DNA of 64,000 nucleotides, taken from an uncultured Actinomycetes bacterium. Its GTDB lineage: Bacteria > Actinomycetota > Actinomycetes > Streptosporangiales > Streptosporangiaceae. A model generated the notes under the pieces. The model saw only the letters and a list, made by a program, of their open reading frames with translations, made no database searches and was not told the origin of the DNA. Of this stretch, positions 34,391 through 43,125 are shown in pieces (position 1 is the first letter of the stretch; each line of letters opens with the position of its first letter). The translations under genes and the position numbers were made by a program. The stretch lies in contig CAWHFP010000014.1 in NCBI GenBank assembly GCA_963828445.1, positions 37,565-101,564 on the forward strand. The letters are read 5' to 3'.

Positions 34391-35548
34391 TCAGGCCGAA
34401 AGTAAGGCCGCTCGCCGGGGTGGCATCTGTATCGGTGAACCGATCAGGCTCATCCAGCCGTGCGACGAGGTTTCCTTCACCTTGACCCGCACCCGCTGGA
34501 AGCCCGCCGGGTCGGTCACTCCCTTGGCGTGTTTGACCGTGTTCTGGAACACGAAGTCCGAGCAGATCAGCCCGAGTTCAGCCTGCCCGCCGCTGATCGC
34601 CTTCTTCAAGGCCGGTGCGTCCAGTAGCCGCGCGGCGTTGATGATCATTTGTCCGGAAACGCCCATCTCGTCACTGGTCACGGCGCCCACGTCGAGCGCG
34701 ACCCGCAACTTGAAGTGAGTACTGGCGCCACCGCTCGCGTTGTGCCGTTTCAGGGCAATGGGCAGGGCCAGGAGCAGATACTCCAGCACGTCCGTGGTCG
34801 GTACAGATGGCGGGGCAATCACCAGGAATCCATCGCCCCGGTCTTCGCAGATGCAGTCATCCCAGATCAACCTGAGCGCCGCTGAGGTCATCATGGCCAG
34901 CTCGTGCCGTATGTGGAGACGGTCGTTGTCGTCACGATTCGGTGAGCTGAAGCTCACGACATCAGTGAAGACGATCGTGCAGTTTTCCCCGGCCAACGAG
35001 CCGATCCGAGTCGGCAACGGCGTTTCCGGCCGACCGGCTTCAGCCAACCGGCTCTCCGCCGCGTCATCGTGTCCCGACCTGTCCGGTCGCACTGGCTCTT
35101 CGGTGAGCCGGGAGTAGACCTCGTTTTCCACAATCTTGAGCACTTCGGGGTGGGCGCTGAGAAAGGACACGAAGTCCCCGGTTTGCATGGTCAGCGCCTT
35201 GACGGTGTCCATAGCCACGACGGTGGCCGAGCGGACCGTCACCTCTAGAGCGGCGCGCTCCCCGATCAGTTGACCGGGGCCACGGTAGGCGATGATCCGT
35301 TCTTGACCGCCTTCGTCGACGCAGATCTTGGTGTGCCCAATCAGAATGACGGCCACGTGGTCGGCGGCCTCGCCTTCCTGCATCAGCTGTTCGCCGCTGG
35401 CATAGGAACGCCTGCGGGCACCGGCCATGAACTCGTCTTTTTGGGGCGGCGTGAGAGCGTCCCAGAAGCTCACCACGGTAGTCAGATCCTCGACCAGTTT
35501 GTGCTGGGTGCCGACCTCGGCCGCGTTCTCCACCACCTTGGATGACAT
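34391..35548 (-). CDS. Cyclic-nucleotide-binding domain fused to a class III nucleotidyl-cyclase-like domain (alternative start 35803)
   Basis: CNB domain with phosphate-binding cassette GPGQLIGERAALEVTVRSATVVA. C-terminal domain: CTIVFTDVVSF..., EDRGDGFLVIAPP, LRVALDVGAVTSDEMGVSGQMIINAARLL, VRVKVKETSSHGWM. Many A/T-ending codons, unlike neighbouring genes. Confidence 0.75.
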   Translation of the reverse strand: MSSKVVENAAEVGTQHKLVEDLTTVVSFWDALTPPQKDEFMAGARRRSYASGEQLMQEGEAADHVAVILIGHTKICVDEGGQERIIAYRGPGQLIGERAALEVTVRSATVVAMDTVKALTMQTGDFVSFLSAHPEVLKIVENEVYSRLTEEPVRPDRSGHDDAAESRLAEAGRPETPLPTRIGSLAGENCTIVFTDVVSFSSPNRDDNDRLHIRHELAMMTSAALRLIWDDCICEDRGDGFLVIAPPSVPTTDVLEYLLLALPIALKRHNASGGASTHFKLRVALDVGAVTSDEMGVSGQMIINAARLLDAPALKKAISGGQAELGLICSDFVFQNTVKHAKGVTDPAGFQRVRVKVKETSSHGWMSLIGSPIQMPPRRAALLSA

Positions 35549-35958
35549 CGACCCGGCCGCAGGGACCACCGACTGGCGTCCGAATCCTCGGACAGGCCAC
35601 CACCTCAGCCCCCCGGCGCGTTCGGCGGCTGAGCCTCCACTCCGAGTCGCCCTGGTCTGGTACAGCTCCATTTGAAACTGAAGCCACGAGGAAGGGTGAC
35701 CGAGACGAAGCTTGTAGACGCTGCCCGACTGCGGAGCACCCATATCTCCCCGGCCGGTGGGTCCGGGCTCTTCCTCACTGGAGTCAGGTGAATTGGCGAC
35801 CATGGGCACGATCTCTTTCTTGATCAAGTCTTCCGTGAAGTGCCAGAACGCGCTGAGGCACACCAGCACCGGATAGCCACAGCAGCTGGCTGCGGTCGCC
35901 GATGCAAGGAACGGATGTAAGTTTGCACATGCATGATCGTAGGATAGATAGTTCTAAT

Positions 35959-35988
35959 TTGCCACCTTGCACTTTTGATTGTTATAAT
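35959..35988 (+). promoter_or_regulatory. Near-consensus sigma70/HrdB-type promoter facing the XRE gene
   Basis: TTGCCA-N18-TATAAT, bracketed by the inverted repeat GCCACCTTG...CAAGAGGTGGC (35961-36006). It lies in an AT-rich gap of about 450 bp. Confidence 0.4.
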
Positions 35989-36278
35989 CTGACACCAAGA
36001 GGTGGCCGACAGGTTACAACGGCAAGGTTTACGACGCGCAAGGGGAGCAGAGCCGGTGTGACTCCAGGCTAAATGTGATCCATGTGACGATTGGGTTACC
36101 AGACACTGATCGGGGCCCCTGCCTGCCTGACATCCGGAAGGCTGGGAGCCCACAAGTGGAAGGTTGCATTCCGCAGGCTTCACAGTTGACAGCTTGCGAC
36201 TTGGTGCAGTGTTCTTTGTAGCAAACCGGACACTGGGCACCCCGAGCGGACAGGACCATCTAGCCGTGGTTGTAGAGT

Positions 36279-36295
36279 GCAACCTGCCAGGTTGC
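36279..36295. promoter_or_regulatory. Perfect 17-bp palindrome (candidate operator) just upstream of the XRE regulator gene
   Basis: GCAACCTG c CAGGTTGC. A related half-site, AAGGTTGC, occurs at about 36160. Confidence 0.4.
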
Positions 36296-36323
36296 CTGAC
36301 GATGATTTGCCTGCTAGTGGGAG

Positions 36324-37304
36324 GTGACCTGGCAAGTGGAAGCCTTAAATCCGGGGGGAGACAGGCCTGTGGGGGTTGACCAGGGACCGACAGTGCAGAG
36401 CGCGGCTCTTCGCGGGGAACTCTTGCGACTGCGCAAGGAACGCGCACTCACGCAGGAGGAAGTGGCGGCCGACCTGGACTGGTCTCCGTCCAAGCTGATC
36501 CGGATCGAGGGTGGCCACAGCCAGATCACCAAGGTGGACCTCGACGCACTCCTGTCCCTGTACGGGGTCACGTCTAAGGCCGATCGCAATCGGCTCCAAG
36601 AGCTGAATCGCAAGGCCCGGTCGCGCGGCTGGTGGGCGGCCTACCGCGGCGAAGTACCGTCGGAATATCTCAAGTACGTCGGTTACGAGGCCGGGGCGTC
36701 CTCAATCCGCCAGTTCCCCGGTGGGGTCATCCCGGGGCTGTTGCAGACCCGGGAGTATGCCGAGGCATTGACCAAGGGCGCTGTCGAGACGGACCAGGTC
36801 GATCCCGTAGTCGACCTGCGGATGCGCCGCCAGGCCGAACTTGCGCAGCGTGAGCCCCCGCCCCGCCGGACCTACGTTCTGGACGAAGCCGTGATCCGCC
36901 GCCGCGTGGGGGGCGGATCCGACCGGAGCATCATGCCGGCGCAGCTCAGATTTATCGTCGACCGGGCCGCCCAGGACAAGAACACCACCATCCGGCTGGT
37001 TCCCTTTGATGCCGGTGCCCTGCCGGTGCTGTCCGGACCGTTCACTCTGCTCGAATTCGCGGGCAACGTCCCGGATCGGGTCTACCGGGACCCGGGCCAG
37101 GGAGAGCTGGCCAACACCCAGACTGATGAGGAAACGGTTTCGGAGTACGCGAGAGACTTTGCGAATCTCCTCGATCTGGCCCTGACTGAGGACGAGTCGA
37201 TCGAGTTCATCCGGAAGGTCGCCGAGGACATGAAGTTACCGTTAGCCGGTGACTTTGAATATCATCAACTTCTTACTGCCCAAACGTCGCAGGTGCACCA
37301 TTAA
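36324..37304 (+). CDS. XRE-family HTH regulator with a DUF5753-type C-terminal domain (WhiJ-like / Scr1-family antitoxin-like); alternative start GTG 36369
   Basis: LRGELLRLRKERALTQEEVAADLDWSPSKLIRIEGGH (HTH) ...YLKYVGYEAGASSIRQFPGGVIPGLLQTREYAEAL... Confidence 0.85.
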   Translation: MTWQVEALNPGGDRPVGVDQGPTVQSAALRGELLRLRKERALTQEEVAADLDWSPSKLIRIEGGHSQITKVDLDALLSLYGVTSKADRNRLQELNRKARSRGWWAAYRGEVPSEYLKYVGYEAGASSIRQFPGGVIPGLLQTREYAEALTKGAVETDQVDPVVDLRMRRQAELAQREPPPRRTYVLDEAVIRRRVGGGSDRSIMPAQLRFIVDRAAQDKNTTIRLVPFDAGALPVLSGPFTLLEFAGNVPDRVYRDPGQGELANTQTDEETVSEYARDFANLLDLALTEDESIEFIRKVAEDMKLPLAGDFEYHQLLTAQTSQVHH

Positions 37305-37488
37305 TTGCTCTGTGTCACATTTAGCTGACACAAATTGATTGGCATTGGGGCGTAGGCGACGAAAGCAAACCCGTTTATACTCAGGTCCAGATTGTCCTTG
37401 GGGCTGCGGTTTTGCACTTCTGTGATCGTTGCCAGGCGGGGGGCCGCCCAATAGCCAAGGCGCACGGCGGGTGAGCGGAGGGTCGTTG

Positions 37489-37683
37489 ATGAGTGTTCAA
37501 CTGGAGCCGCACTTCTATTTTGGCTGGCGCACGAGCAGCTACAGCGCCGACCAGGGCAACTGTGTCGAGGTCGCTACTCGATCCTCAGACGTGCTGGTTA
37601 GAGACTCAAACGAGCACCATGGGCCTGTGCTTGCGATGACCGCAGCCCAGTGGGAACAGTTCCTGATTCGTATTGGGAAATAA
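37489..37683 (+). CDS. DUF397 protein (BldB/AbaA-like small partner of WhiJ-type regulators)
   Basis: GGAGGG 7 nt upstream of the ATG. MSVQLEPHFYFGWRTSSYSADQGNCVEVATRSSDVLVRDSNEHHGPVLAMTAAQWEQFL. Confidence 0.85.
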   Translation: MSVQLEPHFYFGWRTSSYSADQGNCVEVATRSSDVLVRDSNEHHGPVLAMTAAQWEQFLIRIGK

Positions 37684-37812
37684 TCACAATTGCGCCGCGT
37701 GACAAACCAATGGTTTCTGTTGACTATCTGGATAGCGCCTGGATTCTTGCTGCATCAGGGGGCTGGTAAGGGTTGACAAACAACGGTAATTGCGGTGCGG
37801 CACTAAACAGCC

Positions 37813-38292
37813 CTAGGACGACGACTGTGCTTCGATCAGCTTTCTGAGGTCGGGCCAGGTTTGGGCGAAGGCAGGGAGGAGGGGGTAGGTGTCGACCTCT
37901 TCGATGGGGATCCAGCGGAGGGCGGCGGTCTCCCAGGTGGCCCAGCCGTGGCCGATCCGGATTGGGGCGTCGGATGGGAGCGGGACGACGAACGTGGTGT
38001 AGGACCAGCCGCTGACGCAGGCGTATTGGTGGCTGTCGGCGGCGAGGGCTCCATTGAGGTCCAGGCCGGGCACTTCCTCGGAAGCCTCGCGGACGGCGGC
38101 TTCCCAGGGGGTTTCGTCTTCGTCGATGGCGCCGCCGATGGTGGACCAGGTGCCGCCCTGGTGGGTGCCTTTGCTGCGGAGGGCCAGCAGCACGCGGATG
38201 CCGGACGGGGTGACGGTGAAGGGGAGCAGGCCGGCGGCGCCGCGTACGCCCCAGTGGCGGTCGTGGACCGGGCACCTCAGCCATCCGCTCAT
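37813..38292 (-). CDS. NUDIX hydrolase
   Basis: Nudix box GGAIDEDETPWEAAVREASEEVPG. Confidence 0.85.
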   Translation of the reverse strand: MSGWLRCPVHDRHWGVRGAAGLLPFTVTPSGIRVLLALRSKGTHQGGTWSTIGGAIDEDETPWEAAVREASEEVPGLDLNGALAADSHQYACVSGWSYTTFVVPLPSDAPIRIGHGWATWETAALRWIPIEEVDTYPLLPAFAQTWPDLRKLIEAQSSS

Positions 38293-38328
38293 CCCTTAGA
38301 GGGTAGTTGTCCAAAATGACTAGGCTTA

Positions 38329-39156
38329 GTGCCTATGCCTGACAGCACCGAGGCGGGGGACGCACCGCCGGAAATCGATGTGACCAAGCCGCATCCGGCG
38401 CGGATGTACGACTACTTCCTCGGCGGCAAGGACAACTTTGCCGCCGACCGGGCCATCGCGACCCAAGTGCTGAACAGCTGGGGCAGCGTGCGCACGGCCG
38501 TGCGGGAGAACCGGGCCTTCCTGGGCCGGGCCGTGAAGTATCTGGCCGGTGAGGCGGGCATCAGCCAGTTCCTCGACCTCGGCACCGGGCTGCCCAGCGC
38601 CAACAATGTGCACGAGGTCGCGCAGGCCATCAATCCCGAAGCCCGGGTGGTGTACGCGGACAACGATCCGATCGTGCTCGCGCACGCCCGCGCCCTGCTG
38701 GCCAGCGGGCCGCGGGGGGTCACCGCCTACCTGGATGCCGACGTCCGGCAGCCCGAGACCATCCTGGCCAATCCGGCCGTCCGGGACACCCTCGACTTCG
38801 GCATGCCGATCGCGCTCATGCTGGTGGCGGTGCTGCACTTCCTCCCCGACGAGGACGATCCGGGCCAGATCGTGCGGACGCTGGTCGACGCGCTGCCGTC
38901 GGGCAGCTATCTGGTGGCCTCGCACGCCACGGCCGAGCACAATGAGGAAGGCCTGTCCGGGGCAGGCCAGGCCTACCGCCAAGGCGGCATGCGAGGGGCG
39001 ATCCGCAGCTCGGACGAGTTCGGGGAGCTGGCCTTCGCCGGCCTGGAACTGGTCGATCCCGGGGTGGTCCTGGTCTCCGAATGGCGCCCGGACGAACCGA
39101 TCCGGCCGCTGCCATCCGAGGTCAACACCTACGGCGGAGTGGCCAGAAAGCCCTGA
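38329..39156 (+). CDS. SAM-dependent methyltransferase (actinobacterial DUF574 type)
   Basis: PARMYDYFLGGKDNFAADRAIA...FLDLGTGLPSANNVHEVAQ...YADNDPIVLAHARALL... Confidence 0.85.
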   Translation: MPMPDSTEAGDAPPEIDVTKPHPARMYDYFLGGKDNFAADRAIATQVLNSWGSVRTAVRENRAFLGRAVKYLAGEAGISQFLDLGTGLPSANNVHEVAQAINPEARVVYADNDPIVLAHARALLASGPRGVTAYLDADVRQPETILANPAVRDTLDFGMPIALMLVAVLHFLPDEDDPGQIVRTLVDALPSGSYLVASHATAEHNEEGLSGAGQAYRQGGMRGAIRSSDEFGELAFAGLELVDPGVVLVSEWRPDEPIRPLPSEVNTYGGVARKP

Positions 39157-39241
39157 GCGCCTGTTGCCAGGGCCATGAGCCAATAGGGTGCTGGAGGCGC
39201 ACGGCACACGACCGGGCGCGAACCGAACGGGAGGGCAGGGC

Positions 39242-40201
39242 GTGAGGCGGACGGCCGGCGTGATCGCCAGGGCCTGCGCCGCCGGCGCCATCGGCGCCCC
39301 CTTGGCCGCGGGCCTGCAGGCCTGTGCCGCACCGTCGGACCCGGCTTCCACGGCTCCGGCCTCGGTTCCGGCCATCACCGGTCCCGCCAGCACGGGTCCC
39401 GCCAGCACGGCCGGTCCCACCAGCCCGAGCGCTACCAAAGCGCCGGCGTCGGCCGCTCCGCACCAGAGTCCCTTCGGTACCGCGGCCACCTCGTACGTCT
39501 CAGACCGCAGCGGCACCGTGACCGCGGCCGTCTACGACATCACGACCGGTCAGACGTGGACGTTCGGCAGCACCAAGCCGCAGGCCGAAGCCAGCATCGT
39601 CAAGCTCAACATCCTCGAGACGCTGTACGCCCAGCACCGCACCGGCTCGGGCGACCTCTCGGCCAGCGACGCGTCGCTGGCCGAGAGCATGATGGAAGAC
39701 AGCGACAACGACTCCGCGACCAGCCTCTGGGACGCGGTGGGCGGCTCCTCGGAGATCGCGTCGTTCAACAACTCGGCCGGGCTGACCCACACCGAGCCGT
39801 CCTCATGCGTGCAGTGTCCCGGCTTCCCCTGGCCGGGGTGGGGCCTGAGCACGACCACTCCCAGCGACCAGCTGGCCCTGCTGCGGGAGCTGATCAAACC
39901 CAGCACCCTGCTGACCGGCACGCAGCGGGACTCGGCCCTGAAGCTGATGGAGAACGTCGCGCCGTCCCAGCGCTGGGGCGTGAGCGGAGGCGTGCCGTCC
40001 GAGGCCAAGGTGGCACTGAAGGACGGCTGGCTGCCGCTGAACGAAGACAACACCAACTGGCAGATCAACAGCATCGGCTGGGTCTCGGGCGGTGGCCGGG
40101 ACTACCTGATGGCGGTGCTCACCACCGGCAACCCGAGTGAGCAGTACGGCATCGACACCATCAATCAGCTGTCCAGTCTGGTCTGGCAGCACCTGGGCTG
40201 A
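39242..40201 (+). CDS. Class A beta-lactamase-related serine hydrolase lipoprotein
   Basis: GTG start at 39242 after GGGAGGG. Lipobox LAAGLQAC. S-x-x-K (EASIVKL) and SDN-like motif (EDSDNDSAT). Confidence 0.8.
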   Translation: MRRTAGVIARACAAGAIGAPLAAGLQACAAPSDPASTAPASVPAITGPASTGPASTAGPTSPSATKAPASAAPHQSPFGTAATSYVSDRSGTVTAAVYDITTGQTWTFGSTKPQAEASIVKLNILETLYAQHRTGSGDLSASDASLAESMMEDSDNDSATSLWDAVGGSSEIASFNNSAGLTHTEPSSCVQCPGFPWPGWGLSTTTPSDQLALLRELIKPSTLLTGTQRDSALKLMENVAPSQRWGVSGGVPSEAKVALKDGWLPLNEDNTNWQINSIGWVSGGGRDYLMAVLTTGNPSEQYGIDTINQLSSLVWQHLG

Positions 40202-40277
40202 CCGGCCACGGCCGGCCGCCCGATCGGAGCTGGCCGGTCGGAGCTGGCTGATCAGGGCGGCCGATCGGGCTGGCCGG

Positions 40278-41707
40278 TCAGAGCTGGCCGGTCGAGTACC
40301 GGGTCAGGTTGTACTTGGCCGCGACCTGGTTCCACTGGCTGACGAACGCGGCCTTGAAGTTGGTGGCCTGGACGTCAGGGGTGTTGGACGCCGAGAAGCT
40401 GGCGTCGTTGTGGTCCTCCTTCTTGCACCCCTTGGACGCCTCGTCCTGAGCCCACTGACCAAGGTCCCGGTCCACGGTGGCGGACGCCTGCCAGGCTCCG
40501 GTGAGATCCCGCAGCATGGCGGGCGAGAGCTTGGCGCGCCCCGGCAGCTGAGCCAGCTGCCGGAGCAGCCGCTGCCGGCCGGAGGCCGCGTTCTGGAACG
40601 CCTGCGGCGCCTGGGCCAGGCCGGACGTGCACTGGTTGACGGCGCCGACCGCACGCACGATGGTGTCCCGGTCGGTGACGCTCTGCGCCAGCAGCGCAGC
40701 CAGGGCACTGGCGGCGGACTGCTGCGTCGCGGGCGCGGCGGCCCCGCTGGACTGGGTGGGCTTCTGGCGGGCGGGCGGCTGGCCGGTGGCGGCCGACGAT
40801 CCGCCACCGAGGCCGTGCATGGCGTGCACGATCAGCAGCGCGGGCACCACCAGCACCGCCGCCACCAGCACGAACAGGCCGATGACCAGCGGCCGCCGTG
40901 GCCGGGGCCGATCGCTGCCGGAGCGTGCGTCGGTGATCGACGGTAGGGCCGCGGATCCTTGCTGCCACTCCGGGTTGAAGCCGACGTCGTCCATCCAGTT
41001 GTTGCCGAACTGCGCGGTGTTCGCCGCCTCCGGAGGCGGCGGCGCGGGCGGCCTGCCCGGAGGCGGGGGCGTCGGCGGCCCAGCCGACAGCGCGTACTGG
41101 GCCGGAGCCTGGTAGGGCGTGCCCGGCGGTGGTGGCGCGGGGCGGCCCGGGGGCGGATAGGACGGAGCGGTCGGCGGGTACGCGGGGCCGGTCAGCGTGG
41201 CTGAGGAGTCCACCACCGCCGGCAGCGGCGGGGACGGCAGCGGTGGCGACGGGGCTGGTGGCGGCGGGTACGCAGGGCCGGTGGGTGGCGCGGCGAAACT
41301 GGGCGGGGCCGCAAAGCTCGGCGGGGCCGCAGAAGCCTTCCGTACGGGACGGCACCGGCTGGCCCGGGTGGCCAAGGTCAGCCGGGTACCCGGCGTCCTG
41401 GTCCGGACCCTGGTAGCCCGCGCCTGCGTCAGCCCTGGTCCGCGGGGATCGGGTCGCTGTCGACAGAAGTGTCCACCGGAGAAGACGCCTCCGGCCACGC
41501 CGACGACGACCGTGGGAGCGGCGGGCCCGGCCGCACATCAGTACCCCGGCTGGGCATGTCGACTTCGCGAGCCACTGAGCCCGGCTGAGCGACAACGGCG
41601 GCCCCCACCTCGGCCGGGGCCGTGGCGTGCCCGCACTCACCACAGAAACGGGTGCCGGGTCTCAGCCCGCTCCCGCACTGGACGCAAAATCGCGGGTTAC
41701 CCCCCAT
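40278..41707 (-). CDS. Zinc-ribbon / Pro-rich / single-TM protein with an extracytoplasmic C-terminal domain, at least 2 frame breaks
   Basis: N-terminus MGGNPRFCVQCGSGLRPGTRFCGECGH. A PxxP/YPP-rich linker is spread over three frames. TM LVIGLFVLVAAVLVVPALLIV, then ...VTDRDTIVRAVGAVNQCTSGL... Confidence 0.6.
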
Positions 41708-42234
41708 GCGTCTCCTGATTCACTCGGCAGCATGTCTCGCCCACCCAGCCGGCCGCGGGCACGATGAAGGCGCCGCTGCCTTCCGCTGCCGGTGCGGACT
41801 CCGCTCGGGCGGGCCAGGCCAGCATATTTCGTGAACCCTCGGCCGAGAGGGCTAATGCGCCCGTTGGGGGACAGACGTGACAGTCGGTCACGAGCAGCCA
41901 AGCCCATTATCGTGACATTTCGGACGTAGCGACGTAAATGCCTTGATGGCCTGGCTTATCAAGGCGGCAAAAGCACAGGAACCCAACCTTGTCCAGGTCG
42001 CAGGCTGGACGTACGCTCATCTACAGTCCTGTTGTCGCGATACGGGGCCCTGCCGTGGTCGCGACGGATCAGCGGAGGTCAGCGAGTGGCCAGGTTCAGG
42101 TCGCGCGTGGCTCCTCGACCCGTCATGATCAGGGCAAGACGCCTTCAAGCGCCAAATTTTTCCCCACTAAACCCGTGGATCTGTACTCCACGGGCACTCG
42201 CTCCGCGTCATTTAAAGGACAGCGAGGAGAAGAC

Positions 42235-42720
42235 GTGAACGTGAAAAGGGCCGTGGCCACCGCCGCAGGTGTCCTCGGGGCACTCCTGCTCGCGGCAGTA
42301 GTGGGCCTTGGCCACTTCGCCGGCCACTCGAGCGGCGCAGGCACCCAGACCCGGGCGGCCGCGATTCACGCCGCGCCGGTGAAGGCCAACCTGACCGCTG
42401 CCATCTACGGCGATAGCGTCGACGCCCCCGCCACCAGCACCACCGCGAGCAGCAGCTCCCCGTCCAGCACGCCGAGCTACGTGGACGACAGTTCTTCGTA
42501 CACCAGCACCTACAGCAGCGACGGGTCGACCACCCCCGCCTCGAGTGACGGCAGCACGATCTACGGTGACGGCAGTAGCACGATCTACGGTGACGGCACC
42601 AGCAGCATCTACGGCGACGGCACCAGCATCTACGGTGATGGCTCGAGCGACATCTATGGCGACGGCGGCAACATCTACGGGGACACCAGCCCCACTACCA
42701 CCTACATCTACGGCGACTGA
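42235..42720 (+). CDS. Small signal-anchored Ser/Thr-rich protein ending in seven IYGD repeats
   Basis: GTG at 42235 after AGGAGAAGAC. VNVKRAVATAAGVLGALLLAAVVGLGHFAG ... TIYGDGSSTIYGDGTSSIYGDGTSIYGDGSSDIYGDGGNIYGDTSPTTTYIYGD*. Confidence 0.6.
   Translation: MNVKRAVATAAGVLGALLLAAVVGLGHFAGHSSGAGTQTRAAAIHAAPVKANLTAAIYGDSVDAPATSTTASSSSPSSTPSYVDDSSSYTSTYSSDGSTTPASSDGSTIYGDGSSTIYGDGTSSIYGDGTSIYGDGSSDIYGDGGNIYGDTSPTTTYIYGD
42559..42717 (+). repeat. Tandem 21-27-bp coding repeat (ATCTACGGNGAC core, 7 copies)
   Basis: Read directly from the sequence. Copies differ by synonymous changes and spacer length. Confidence 0.8.
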
Positions 42721-42780
42721 CCGAACCGCAGGTCAGCCCGGGCAGGCCCGTGCGGGCCAGGCGGCTGGAAGCCCTGAGGC

Positions 42781-43125
42781 TCAGCGGGCCTTGCGCAGCT
42801 CGGTAGCGGCGGTGTGGGCCTCTTCCAGCGCGGCCGTCATCATGTCTGCGGCCTGACCGGCCGCATTGAGTGCTTCCATCACCTCGGTGACCGACAGATC
42901 CGGGTCAGCTCCTGATCCGTGCCGGACCTGACCGTCCTCCTGGGCGGCGACCAGGAACCGAGCCAGCTGCTCGCACAGCTGAGGCAACCCCTGACCCATC
43001 AGGCCCAGGCTGGCGATGATGTCACGAACCTCGTCTGGGCTGCCGAGCTCGCCGCCGCCATAGGTCAGGTGATTGAGCGCGCGAATGGCTTCGGCAACCT
43101 GACTGGCGATCTCGCGCGGCGTCAT
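42781..43125 (-). CDS. Conserved-looking hypothetical helical protein
   Basis: MTPREIASQVAEAIRALNHLTYGGGELGSPDEVRDIIASLGLMGQGLPQLCEQLARFL... High GC3 in this frame. I cannot name a family. Confidence 0.5.
   Translation of the reverse strand: MTPREIASQVAEAIRALNHLTYGGGELGSPDEVRDIIASLGLMGQGLPQLCEQLARFLVAAQEDGQVRHGSGADPDLSVTEVMEALNAAGQAADMMTAALEEAHTAATELRKAR

Noticed and set aside
36029-36379. Small ORFs in the AT-rich intergenic region (36029-36259 minus, 36164-36379 plus, 35784-35972 minus) as hidden peptide genes.
   Set aside because: They have no RBS, no codon-bias signal and no recognisable motifs, and they overlap promoter and operator-like elements. They cannot be supported from sequence alone.
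34391-38292. Assigning the cNMP-binding/cyclase plus NUDIX islet to a known cyclic-nucleotide defence family (Pycsar- or CBASS-like).
   Set aside because: There is no recognisable effector (TIR, TM-pore, nuclease or patatin) and no CD-NTase. The cNMP-binding domain is fused to the cyclase itself rather than to an effector, and the NUDIX gene is on the opposite strand as a separate unit.
42235-42720. The IYGD-repeat protein as a multi-core RiPP precursor.
   Set aside because: No modifying enzyme, protease or exporter genes are adjacent, and the N-terminus looks like a Sec signal or anchor rather than a leader peptide. The repeat remains worth noting, but the RiPP reading is unsupported.
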